Source: a bacterium (lineage in GTDB: Bacteria; Arandabacterota; Arandabacteria; Arandabacterales; JALGWA01). Taken from it: 19,146 bases of DNA. Shown here in pieces: positions 1 through 9,076 of the stretch (positions within the stretch are counted from its first letter, which is position 1; every line of letters starts with the position of its first letter). A model generated the notes under the pieces. That model searched no databases and was not told the origin of the DNA. It saw only the letters and a list, made by a program, of their open reading frames with translations. The stretch spans positions 1-19,146 of the forward strand of contig JASFEA010000055.1 of NCBI GenBank assembly GCA_050125095.1, read 5' to 3'. Position numbers and translations under genes: made by a program.

Positions 1-1002
1 CTTATCTTCCTGCCAGTAGAAGAGAGCGTCCGCCAGGCGCGCCTTGAGGACTCTCTCATTGCCCCTGAGTATATACCCCTCCGGGTCGCTGGCCGTATTG
101 GCGACCGCGACGAAACTGGGAAGCAGGTTTCCCCTGCCGCCCGTTATCGAGAAGAAGTTCTGATGCTCTTTCATGGCCGTTCGCACGACTTCCCCGGGCA
201 TGCCCAGGAACGCGGGATCGAATTCGCCCAGCACGGCGAGCGGGTACTCGACCTCGAAAGTCACTATCTCAAGAAGGTCATCGTCCTCGATCAGACGGCC
301 GCCGGCCGACGAAGCGGCCTCCTCGACCATGGCCGCGATCAGGCGCTTGCGTTCCTCGTGGTCGGCGATCACGTGAGCGTCCTCGAGCGCCTTCATGTAA
401 TCGCCCGGCGCATTTATCTCAAATTCCCCGGGGCTCAGGAAGCGATGCCCGCGGGTCTTCCTGCCCGCCTTGAGGTTCGCCCAGGTGAGCTCGACAACGT
501 CCCCGTCCAGGAGGGCCACCAGCCATCTCACCGGTCTGGCGAAGAGCGTCTGGCTCTCCTCCCACTTCATCGTCTTCGGAAACGGCACGCCGCCGATGAC
601 GCCCAGGAGAACGCCGGGCATGACGGCGGCGGCGGGTTCGCCCCCGTGCTTCACTTCCGCGCAGACATAATCGCCCTTCTCCGTCTTCTCGGTACGCAGT
701 TCCGACAACTCCACGCCGAAGCGGCGGGCGAAACCCAGAGCCGCCCTGGTGGGCTTGCCGGAATCGTCGTAGGCCGCGCTCGCCGGCGGGCCGAAGACCA
801 CCTCGGACATTTCGCTCTGTCTGCCTGCAAGGCCCTCCACGAGTACCGCCAGCCTGCGCGGCGTCCCGAAGGTGCGTATGCGGCTGCAGTCCAGCCTTGC
901 CTCTTTAAGTCCGGCGGCCATCTTCTCCTCGATGGCCCCCAGGGCCGGCCTTACGAACGAAGGGGGAAGTTCCTCTACTCCTATTTCAAAAAGAAGTTCC
1001 AA
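1..1002 (-). CDS. glyS: Glycine--tRNA ligase beta subunit, partial (3' end beyond window edge)
   Basis: Not in the ORF track. Manual translation: TTG at 1002 gives (M)ELLFEIGVEELPP, and the same frame at the window edge reads GNERVLKARLADALFYWQEDK; both are GlyS hallmarks. Lies directly downstream of glyQ. Confidence 0.96.
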   Translation of the reverse strand, partial: MELLFEIGVEELPPSFVRPALGAIEEKMAAGLKEARLDCSRIRTFGTPRRLAVLVEGLAGRQSEMSEVVFGPPASAAYDDSGKPTRAALGFARRFGVELSELRTEKTEKGDYVCAEVKHGGEPAAAVMPGVLLGVIGGVPFPKTMKWEESQTLFARPVRWLVALLDGDVVELTWANLKAGRKTRGHRFLSPGEFEINAPGDYMKALEDAHVIADHEERKRLIAAMVEEAASSAGGRLIEDDDLLEIVTFEVEYPLAVLGEFDPAFLGMPGEVVRTAMKEHQNFFSITGGRGNLLPSFVAVANTASDPEGYILRGNERVLKARLADALFYWQEDK

Positions 1003-1030
1003 TCTGTGCCTCTTCTTCCGACTATTCCCA

Positions 1031-1945
<915 letters not shown>

Positions 1946-1946
1946 G

Positions 1947-2714
1947 TCAGCTTTCCCTTATTCTCTCGAGGAACTCGAGCGACTTCACTCTTGCTCCCTC
2001 ACCCATCACCATTCTTACGAAAGCCGTGAGTATATCACAGGCCCCCCGGCTTGTCTCCACCGGGGCGGGCTTTTTTCTTATCTGCTTGACCGTCTTCTTC
2101 TCGAAGGTCCTCATGAGTTCCAGCACGTCGGCGTCCAGGTCGATTGCGTTGATGTCCCTGTCGATGCAGGACTTGCACAGCACGCCGCCCGACAGGAGCC
2201 CGAACCTCACTATTCCGTCCCCGATGTCCTTGCCGCACTTGACGCAGGTGGAGAGAGAGGGCCCGTACCCCACGAGATGGAGCATCTTCAGAAGATAAGA
2301 GGCGAGGATCACATCAAGCTCCTCCCTCTTTGCGGCGTCGAATTCGCGGAGCGTGAGAATCACGTGGTCGAACAGGTCTTCATTGGGCTCCTCGGGGGGC
2401 GCGAAGCGCTCGAGTATCTCTACAGCGGCGCTCGCATAGGCGAGCTTGGCGAAATCGGCTTTGACTTCGGAGAACGGGTTCAGGGTCTCGCTGTGGCTCA
2501 GCGTGTGTACGTTGCGGTTTTCCTTGGCGTAATAGATTATGAGCGAGTGGGTGAGTATCTCCAGGCTCGAGCCGAACTTGCTTTTCGGCCGCAGGCTCCC
2601 CTTGGCCATGGCGGACACCTTGCCGAATCTCTTCGTGAAGAAGACCACGATCTTGCTGGTCTCCCTCACCTTCCTGGCCCTGAGCACTACGGCTTCGCTT
2701 CGATTGATGCCCAT
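1947..2714 (-). CDS. recO: DNA repair protein RecO
   Basis: N-terminal OB-fold pattern ([38 protein letters not shown]), Zn finger CVKC...GGVLCKSC, and position just upstream of glyQ. Confidence 0.96.
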   Translation of the reverse strand: MGINRSEAVVLRARKVRETSKIVVFFTKRFGKVSAMAKGSLRPKSKFGSSLEILTHSLIIYYAKENRNVHTLSHSETLNPFSEVKADFAKLAYASAAVEILERFAPPEEPNEDLFDHVILTLREFDAAKREELDVILASYLLKMLHLVGYGPSLSTCVKCGKDIGDGIVRFGLLSGGVLCKSCIDRDINAIDLDADVLELMRTFEKKTVKQIRKKPAPVETSRGACDILTAFVRMVMGEGARVKSLEFLERIRES

Positions 2715-2723
2715 TAGCCCAGC

Positions 2724-3386
2724 CTATCCTTCCCTTTCGATCCTGTCTTCAGGCACCCTGCCGCCCGCGGATTTCGATTTTGCGGCCGCCCTGACCGGGT
2801 CCACGTCGCGCTCGGCCACCATGCCCGCCGTGATGATCATCCTGATGCCGTCCTCGACGCTCATGTCCAGCACTTTTACGTCGGAGGCCGGCACCACCAT
2901 CATGAATCCCGATGTCGGATTGGGGCTGGTGGGCACGAACACGGTGACATTGTCCTCTTTACTATCCGCTAACCCCATTCCGAAGTTCTCGGAAGTAATG
3001 AAGCCGACGCAGTAGGCGCCCCGCCTCGGGAACTCGACCAGTCCCACCTTCCTGAATCCCGTGGACTGGTCCTTAAGAACGGCCTCGCTTACCTGCTTGA
3101 GTGTCCTGTATATGGAGCTCAGCACCGGTATGCGGCCGAGCAGCCGGTTATACCAGTCGATGAGCTTCCTGCCGATCACGTTGCTGGCGAAGAGCCCCGC
3201 GAGGAGGACAATGACTATGATGGCGGCAACCCCGATGCCGGGCACGTCGAGGCTCGTATGCGTGGCGATGAGGCTCCTCAGCAGGTTGTCGAGAAAAACG
3301 AAGAGCTTGTAGAGCACCCACAGCGTGATAACCGTGGGCAGCAGAATCGCGAGACCCGAGAAAACCACGCGGCGCAGCCATTTCAT
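2724..3386 (-). CDS. DUF502 (COV1-like) membrane protein
   Basis: Two N-terminal hydrophobic helices, RIPVLSSIYRTLKQ, VEFPRRG, VFVPTSPNPTSGF and MSVEDG motifs. Confidence 0.93.
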   Translation of the reverse strand: MKWLRRVVFSGLAILLPTVITLWVLYKLFVFLDNLLRSLIATHTSLDVPGIGVAAIIVIVLLAGLFASNVIGRKLIDWYNRLLGRIPVLSSIYRTLKQVSEAVLKDQSTGFRKVGLVEFPRRGAYCVGFITSENFGMGLADSKEDNVTVFVPTSPNPTSGFMMVVPASDVKVLDMSVEDGIRMIITAGMVAERDVDPVRAAAKSKSAGGRVPEDRIEREG

Positions 3387-3390
3387 GCCT

Positions 3391-4674
3391 CTAGAGCTCC
3401 TCCACCTTGGCGCTCCCGCCCAGTCCCTTGCCGATTATGCGCACGCGCTCTATGCGCTGCCCGGCGACGCGGTCGACGACGAACCGGAGTCCGTCGGCCT
3501 CGTGTTCGTCACCCTGTGACGGCACCTTCCCCAGCAGATTATATAGATACCCGGCGATTGTGTCATAGTCCTCTTCCTTGTTAAGCCCCGTGCCCAGTAT
3601 CTCGTTGAGTTCCTCTATGTGCGTCTTGCCGGCCACGAGCACTTCGTCCGGGCTTACGACCTGGACGAGCTTCTCCTCCTCATCGTACTCATCGTAGATC
3701 TCCCCGACGATCTCCTCGATCACGTCCTCGAGCGTGACCAGCCCGACCACGCCCCCGAACTCGTCCACCACGACCGCCATATGGGTCTTTCGCTTCCTGA
3801 GCTCCTTGAGAAGCGAATCCACTTTCATGCTCTCCGGAATGAAATAGGCGTTCCGGAGGATGCCGCTTATGGGTGAGGCGACGTCGCCGCCGGCTATGAA
3901 ACCAATGAGATCCCGCGCGTGCATGATGCCTATGATATTGTCCACCGTCTTGTTATAAACCGGGATTCGCGAGTGCCCGCCCTCGGAGATCACCTTCATT
4001 GCCTCACCGACCGTCGTGGTCGCCTCGGCGCATACCATGTCTATCCGGGGGACCATGACCTCGCGGGCGAGGGTGTCTCTCATCTCGAAGATGCCGTTGA
4101 TCATCTCCTGCTCGTCGCTTCCTATGCCGGCTCCTTCGCCCTCCGCCCTGGCGATCGCTCTGAGCTGGCCCGCCTTGAGCACCATCTCCCTCGCTTGGGC
4201 TCCGGCCAGGAACAACCCCTGGGTCAGCAGGTAGACGCCCTTTACGAAAGGATAGAGCGGCAGGAAAAGCACATATACCGGCCGGGTCACGGCGACTACG
4301 GCCGAGACGGGGTCATGCGCCACGTAGACCCTGGGCAGAAGCCGGGTGAGTATGGCGATCATTATGGCGACGAGCAGGAGCGCGACCGCGGCCGCGACCA
4401 GGTGCCCAGTCCCCTCGGGATAGGCCCGCCACGCTATTCTCAGCGCGAACAGGGCCACGAGGACATTGCAGAATGAGCTGGAGACCAGCAGCTTTATCAT
4501 GAGCTCCTGCGGGGAAGACAGCATCCTGAGCGCCATCCTGGCCCGCCTGCTGTTCTCTTCCTCAATCTCAGACCTCGACACCGAGAAAAAAGCGAACTCA
4601 CCTGCCGAGAAGAGCGCAGACAGACACAGAAACGCCGCCAGAAGAAGCACATCCGCCAGTGTCGACGGGTCCAA
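3391..4674 (-). CDS. HlyC/CorC-family (CNNM + CBS pair + CorC_HlyC) transporter-associated protein
   Basis: SALFSAGEFAFFS, REVMVPRIDM, GHSRIPVY, HMAVVVDEFGGVVGLVTLEDVIEEIVGEIYDEYD, DYDTIAGY. Start moved to TTG 4674, 9 nt after AAGGAGG (4684-4690); ATG 4683 abuts the RBS. The track start at 4800 overlaps ybeY. Confidence 0.92.
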   Translation of the reverse strand: MDPSTLADVLLLAAFLCLSALFSAGEFAFFSVSRSEIEEENSRRARMALRMLSSPQELMIKLLVSSSFCNVLVALFALRIAWRAYPEGTGHLVAAAVALLLVAIMIAILTRLLPRVYVAHDPVSAVVAVTRPVYVLFLPLYPFVKGVYLLTQGLFLAGAQAREMVLKAGQLRAIARAEGEGAGIGSDEQEMINGIFEMRDTLAREVMVPRIDMVCAEATTTVGEAMKVISEGGHSRIPVYNKTVDNIIGIMHARDLIGFIAGGDVASPISGILRNAYFIPESMKVDSLLKELRKRKTHMAVVVDEFGGVVGLVTLEDVIEEIVGEIYDEYDEEEKLVQVVSPDEVLVAGKTHIEELNEILGTGLNKEEDYDTIAGYLYNLLGKVPSQGDEHEADGLRFVVDRVAGQRIERVRIIGKGLGGSAKVEEL

Positions 4675-4699
4675 TCTGATCATCCTCCTTATGTACTCG

Positions 4700-5161
4700 T
4701 TACTGCCGGAGGCCCGAGGAGAACTTCTCCACGATTCTCTCCTGGAGTTCCTCCATCTCCCTCCGCTCTGAAGAGGATCCGTCCGTGTATCCCAGCACAT
4801 GCAGCGTGCCGTGGGCGACCAGGCGCAATAGCTCCTCGTTCCGGCTTACACCGAAACGCCTGCTGTTGGCCAGGGCGGTATCCAGCGAGATGTAGACGTC
4901 TCCCACCCTGTCCAGCGGGAGCCCTTCTTCAGAAAGGTCAAAAGCGATTACGTCGGTGGGGCGGTCCCGCCCCAGGGACTCGCGGTTGATTCGGGTAATC
5001 TCATCGTCGTCGGTGAATGTGATGGAAAGGGCGTATTTCTCCACGCCCTGGCTTCTTAGGATTTCCCGGATGACTTGCTCGAACAGAGGGCGCAGAGACC
5101 CAAGGGCGCCCGAAAGGCCGCCTATGTGTACTGATTGACTATGGTCGTCGGACTCTTCCAT
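4700..5161 (-). CDS. ybeY: rRNA maturation endoribonuclease YbeY
   Basis: EITRINRESLGRDRPTDVIAF, GDVYISLD, LVAHGTLHVLGY; between phoH and corC as is usual. Confidence 0.95.
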   Translation of the reverse strand: MEESDDHSQSVHIGGLSGALGSLRPLFEQVIREILRSQGVEKYALSITFTDDDEITRINRESLGRDRPTDVIAFDLSEEGLPLDRVGDVYISLDTALANSRRFGVSRNEELLRLVAHGTLHVLGYTDGSSSERREMEELQERIVEKFSSGLRQ

Positions 5162-5245
5162 GCTCCGCCTTTGTACTACACAACTCGGCCGGCGATATCA
5201 AGCGCGAATGAGATCCGCAACAGGATCCTCAACGGGATCCGCCGG

Positions 5246-6250
5246 CTACGAGCCCGGTCCCTTGCCGCCGGGCCCGTATTTATCGAAGGCCCGTATGATC
5301 TCCTGAACGAGCCTGTGTCTTACGACGTCCTTCCCGCTCAAGTATATGAATTCAATGCCCTTTATGCCTTTAAGTATCGACTGGATAAGCACCAGTCCTG
5401 AATCCTCTTTTCGAGACAGGTCGATCTGCGTGACGTCACCCGTGATGACCGCCTTGGAGTTAAAACCCAGTCGCGTGAGGAACATCTTCATCTGGTCGAG
5501 CGTGGTGTTCTGGGCCTCGTCGAGGATCACGAACGAGTTGTTCAGGGTCCTTCCCCTCATGTACCCGAGCGGCGCGACTTCTATGACGCCTATCTCCAGC
5601 GACTTTTTGATCTTCTCGGCGGGCATCATCTCATACAGGGCGTCATAGAGCGGCCTCAAGTAAGGCCCTACCTTTTCCTCAAGATCGCCCGGCAGGAATC
5701 CCAGGCTCTCGCCGGCCTCCACTGCCGGCCTGACCAGCAGGATGCGGTCGATGTCCTTGCGCCTCAGCGACCACACCGCCTGCGCCATGGCGAGATACGT
5801 CTTGCCCGTGCCGGCGGGGCCTATGGAGAACACGATGTCGCACGATCGCATCGCCTCCACGTACTCCTGCTGGCCCAGCGTCTTTGCGCGGACGATCTTC
5901 CTTAAACCCGGGAACTCCGCGCGGTCCTCGAAAGAGGATTTGTCGTTCCTGCCTCCGCTGCCGGCTGCGTCGCCTTTCGCGCCGGAGTCGTTTCGCATGG
6001 AAACGGCGTATCTGAGATCGCCTTCCCCGACCTGGTCGCCCCGGCCTGCCATGTCTATCAGGTCCTCTATTACGGCCGCCACCTTCTCCACGCGCTTGCG
6101 CTTGCCCTCGATCAGCAGCTTCTCGCCGCGAGCGACGATCTTGACTTTGAACTCTTCGCGCAGCGACCTCAGATTGGCGTCGTTCTCGCCGAATAGGCGA
6201 ACCTGGTCGACGCCCTCGAGACTCATCTCTTTGCTAACGGTATCGCTCAC
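5246..6250 (-). CDS. phoH: PhoH-family ATPase (YbeZ-like)
   Basis: [73 protein letters not shown] start preceded by GAGGGA. Confidence 0.97.
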   Translation of the reverse strand: MSDTVSKEMSLEGVDQVRLFGENDANLRSLREEFKVKIVARGEKLLIEGKRKRVEKVAAVIEDLIDMAGRGDQVGEGDLRYAVSMRNDSGAKGDAAGSGGRNDKSSFEDRAEFPGLRKIVRAKTLGQQEYVEAMRSCDIVFSIGPAGTGKTYLAMAQAVWSLRRKDIDRILLVRPAVEAGESLGFLPGDLEEKVGPYLRPLYDALYEMMPAEKIKKSLEIGVIEVAPLGYMRGRTLNNSFVILDEAQNTTLDQMKMFLTRLGFNSKAVITGDVTQIDLSRKEDSGLVLIQSILKGIKGIEFIYLSGKDVVRHRLVQEIIRAFDKYGPGGKGPGS

Positions 6251-6261
6251 TGAAGTCCCTC

Positions 6262-6301
6262 ATAAAGAAAGCTCTTGGTCTGCAGGGCAGACCAAGAGCT
6301 T
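6262..6301 (-). terminator. Intrinsic terminator after the LysM gene
   Basis: Perfect 15-bp inverted repeat AAGCTCTTGGTCTGC (6269-6283) / GCAGACCAAGAGCTT (6287-6301) running into TTTCTTT on the minus strand. Confidence 0.75.
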
Positions 6302-6360
6302 CAAGAATGTTTTGCCTTCTCCAACAATCCCTTACGTCCGTCCAATATTTACCGGAGGAA

Positions 6361-7035
6361 CTACCTCGGGATGTCGAGGACCTGATCCGGATGAATCATA
6401 TCCGGGTCCGAGATCTTGTCCTTGTTGGCCTCGTAGATCCGAGTCCACTGGCGCCAGTTGCCGTAGATCTCCCAATAGCCCGCGATCTTGCCCAGGTAAT
6501 CGTCGGCGACCACGGTGTATTTCATGGGAAGGCCCCTCGGGATGGCGAGGACCTGGTCCACGTAGATCAGGTTCGGGTCCTCGATCTGGTCCCTGTTGGC
6601 CCTGTAGATTCTCGGCCACTTGGTGCCGTCGGCGTAGATCTCCTCGTAACCGGAGATCTTGTACAAGGACTCACCGTACTTGACCGTCCACTTGGTAGGC
6701 AGAGAGTTGTAGTAGTCAATCTCCTTCTGGAGCTTGGCCGCCTCCGCCTTCATGGGATTGAGCTCGGCGTCGACCTTGGCGATTTTCGCCTTGAGGTCGG
6801 CGACCGCCTTCTGCTCGGCATCGAGCTGGCCCTGGTAGTCCGAGAGCATGTCCTTCTGCTTGTCCATCTCGCCTGCAAGCGAGGCGCAGTAGGCCTCTCT
6901 CTCATCGCCGGACAACTTCTGGTATTCCTCTTCGGTGTAGAACTGACCTTTGCTTACGTCAGCCGCAAGAACGCCCGTTGCGAGGGTCACTACGAGCGAT
7001 AATGCGGCCAGCATAATGATAAGTCTTGTCTTCAT
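6361..7035 (-). CDS. Secreted coiled-coil protein with two C-terminal LysM domains
   Basis: Signal peptide (MKTRLII...VLA-A), heptad-rich middle segment, and two LysM copies: WTVKYGESLYKIS..IY..WPRIYRANRDQIEDPNLIYVDQVLAIP and YTVVADDYLGKIA..IYG..WTRIYEANKDKISDPDMIHPDQVLDIP. RBS GGAGG. Confidence 0.92.
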   Translation of the reverse strand: MKTRLIIMLAALSLVVTLATGVLAADVSKGQFYTEEEYQKLSGDEREAYCASLAGEMDKQKDMLSDYQGQLDAEQKAVADLKAKIAKVDAELNPMKAEAAKLQKEIDYYNSLPTKWTVKYGESLYKISGYEEIYADGTKWPRIYRANRDQIEDPNLIYVDQVLAIPRGLPMKYTVVADDYLGKIAGYWEIYGNWRQWTRIYEANKDKISDPDMIHPDQVLDIPR

Positions 7036-7046
7036 TTCGCTGCCTC

Positions 7047-7331
7047 CTATCGCCCGCTGCCCTTCTTCAACATCTCGAGCTCTTTCTCGAGATCCTGGCT
7101 CTTGAGTTTCTTGAGCTGGGCTTCCTTGTCCTTGAGTTCTTGTTCTAGCTTTGCCCTCTCCGCGCTGGCCGCGTCGAGATCCGCCTTGACACCGCTAGTC
7201 TGGTCCTGGACTGCCCTGACTTCCTCAGGCGGCACAGGACAGGGCGGTTTTGGCCCGCACCCCACCACCAAGAATGAAGCCAGCAGGGCCAGAACCACGG
7301 TTGTGATTGCCAACCGCCGCTTAAGCATCAC
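7047..7331 (-). CDS. Small coiled-coil lipoprotein
   Basis: Basic N-terminus, hydrophobic core, lipobox VVG-C, Pro-rich linker, then a coiled-coil-like segment. RBS AAGGGGGTG; start is GTG 7331 or ATG 7328. Ends 11 nt before the LysM gene. Confidence 0.85.
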   Translation of the reverse strand: MMLKRRLAITTVVLALLASFLVVGCGPKPPCPVPPEEVRAVQDQTSGVKADLDAASAERAKLEQELKDKEAQLKKLKSQDLEKELEMLKKGSGR

Positions 7332-7355
7332 CGATCACCCCCTTCTGAATAGGTG

Positions 7356-7364
7356 ATTATACCA
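7356..7364 (-). promoter_or_regulatory. Extended -10 promoter element TGGTATAAT
   Basis: Perfect TGnTATAAT about 25 nt upstream of the lipoprotein start; no good -35. Confidence 0.5.
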
Positions 7365-7399
7365 TACGCAATAGATGCATTTCCCCCTGAATCTGCGCC

Positions 7400-7428
7400 A
7401 CTTTAACAATACCCCCGATGGCTGTCAA
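7400..7428 (-). promoter_or_regulatory. Sigma70-type promoter TTGACA-N17-TAAAGT with TGn
   Basis: Consensus -35 at 7423-7428, 17-nt spacer, -10 at 7400-7405, facing the lipoprotein/LysM genes. Confidence 0.55.
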
Positions 7429-7439
7429 GGGAAAAGCCC

Positions 7440-7520
7440 TTTTGGGGGTCACTTTTGGGGGTCAGGTCTTGAAATGCACAACCCGTTTTCCGGGGGTCAG
7501 GTCTTGAAATGCACAACCCG
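7440..7520 (+). repeat. Tandem 29-bp direct repeat GGGGGTCAGGTCTTGAAATGCACAACCCG (REP-like)
   Basis: Identical copies at 7457-7485 and 7492-7520, plus a partial TTTTGGGGGTCA at 7440-7451. Confidence 0.9.
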
Positions 7521-7690
7521 GGCGCGACCCGCCCGGCGACCCCATCCTTATGCCCATAAACCAATTAAGCACCCCCGTCGGCACCCCTACCCTCTTAGAC
7601 GCCCGGAAGCCTCCAGAATCTGCTTTTACTCTTGCCCTGTTGATGCTAAGAATAGTCGAGAACCCAGCAGATCAAATTAAGGAGGCCCTG

Positions 7691-8401
7691 ATGAGAAGCA
7701 CGCATTTGCGGGGCAACAGCCTCAAGGTGATCCCCGGGCTGCCCCCTAAGCTGCTTCCGGTAATAGGAGGGGCTGTCCTGGCAGCTCTCTTCCTTCTCTC
7801 CTGCAAACCCGATTCGGGTTTCAACACGGTCAGCGATTACGACCTCGTGGCCACCTTCTACGCTCAGGATGCGGTATTCGACACCCTGAACACCTACGCC
7901 ATCCCCGACACGGTCATGCACTTCCGGGATCCCGACGACACGTCCAGCGATGATATCTCGAGGGAATTCGACGGGCTCCTGCTCGACCTGGTACGTACCA
8001 ATTTCGAGGCACTTGGCTACGAGGAGGAAGCCGACCCCGGCTCGAACCCGCCCGACGTATTCGTAGTAGTGTGGGTTACAACCGCCGAATGGCTCCAGAA
8101 CTCCTCGGAAGACTGGTGGGACATGTGGGGCTGGTATCCCCACTGGCCGCCTGCATGGGGGCCCGGCTGGGTAACGCTCTATCCGCATCCGGTGGAGTAC
8201 TTCTACCGGCCCGGGTCGGTTTTCATCGACATGATCGATGATGTGGAAATCGAAGAAGGTGAGGACCCTTACATTCTGGTTTTATGGGCGGCTTCCGTGA
8301 ACGGCATCCTGATTGACACTTCGGAGGGAGCCCGGCAGAGGCTGACCGACAACATCAACCAGGCCTTTGACCAATCCCCGTACCTGGCAACCGGAGAGTG
8401 A
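7691..8401 (+). CDS. DUF4136-like lipoprotein
   Basis: AAGGAGG RBS before ATG 7691, lipobox LLS-C, DYDLVATFY..F..TYAIPD, Trp/Gly/Pro-rich segment, Y.PGSVFIDMID, INQAFDQSPYL. Family assigned by recalled pattern. Confidence 0.78.
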   Translation: MRSTHLRGNSLKVIPGLPPKLLPVIGGAVLAALFLLSCKPDSGFNTVSDYDLVATFYAQDAVFDTLNTYAIPDTVMHFRDPDDTSSDDISREFDGLLLDLVRTNFEALGYEEEADPGSNPPDVFVVVWVTTAEWLQNSSEDWWDMWGWYPHWPPAWGPGWVTLYPHPVEYFYRPGSVFIDMIDDVEIEEGEDPYILVLWAASVNGILIDTSEGARQRLTDNINQAFDQSPYLATGE

Positions 8402-8433
8402 CCGGTCGTGAAAACGAGAGGAGGAAAACCGGC

Positions 8434-9030
8434 ATGAAATGGGCGATTGTCGCATGCGCCGTCGTGATGTGCCTGTCTGCTCCCGCTCTTGCCGCGACCG
8501 GCATCGGCGGCTTCACGTATGACATTGCGCTTCCCACCGGCGACACCAAGGACTATGCCGACAACACGAGCTTCAGGGGCTTCGGCGTGGAGGCCAGATG
8601 GTTCAGGAGCAAACACACCGCCATTGGATTCACCTGGCACTGGAACGTGTTCCACCAGCAGCTGACCGGCACATATGAAGTCGACAACGGCCACGTAACC
8701 GGCCACCAGTTCCACCGCATTTATTCCTCACCCGTTCTCCTCACATATTACCTCCAGTGGGGGGACGCCAAATACAGCAAGGGCACGCTCTACTACGTCG
8801 GGCTCGGGGCCGGGGCCTACTGGATGGAAAAGAGGCTGGAAGTGGGAACGGGAATCCACCAGACTACCAACTGGCACGTGGGGCTCTGCCCCGAGCTCGG
8901 CTTTTACTACGGGCTCAGTTTCAACGCCTATCTCAACATCTCGGCCAGGTACAATTACGCATTCAGGTCGGGGGACAGCACGAGCCAGTCGTACTTCTGC
9001 ATGTGCCTGGGAATCGCCTGGGCCAGGTAG
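8434..9030 (+). CDS. Outer-membrane beta-barrel protein (OmpA/OmpW-like small barrel)
   Basis: GAGGAGG RBS before ATG 8434, signal peptide ending ALA-A, alternating aromatic/Gly strands (GFGVEARWF, YYVGLGAGAY, LNISARYNYAF, LGIAW). Confidence 0.8.
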   Translation: MKWAIVACAVVMCLSAPALAATGIGGFTYDIALPTGDTKDYADNTSFRGFGVEARWFRSKHTAIGFTWHWNVFHQQLTGTYEVDNGHVTGHQFHRIYSSPVLLTYYLQWGDAKYSKGTLYYVGLGAGAYWMEKRLEVGTGIHQTTNWHVGLCPELGFYYGLSFNAYLNISARYNYAFRSGDSTSQSYFCMCLGIAWAR

Positions 9031-9076
9031 AAGCGGGATACCACATCGAATCAACGGGGCGTAGGGTGGAGAGACT

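Noticed and set aside
4780-4815. YbeY third zinc ligand altered (HGTLHVLGYTD rather than GYDH)
   Set aside because: GYxD variants are common in other diderm YbeY proteins; not evidence of inactivation.
5210-5242. Imperfect 12-nt tandem repeat (GATCC core) between phoH and ybeY
   Set aside because: Under three degenerate units with no supportable function.
7457-7520. CRISPR array
   Set aside because: Only two 29-bp repeats, separated by 6 nt, and no cas genes.
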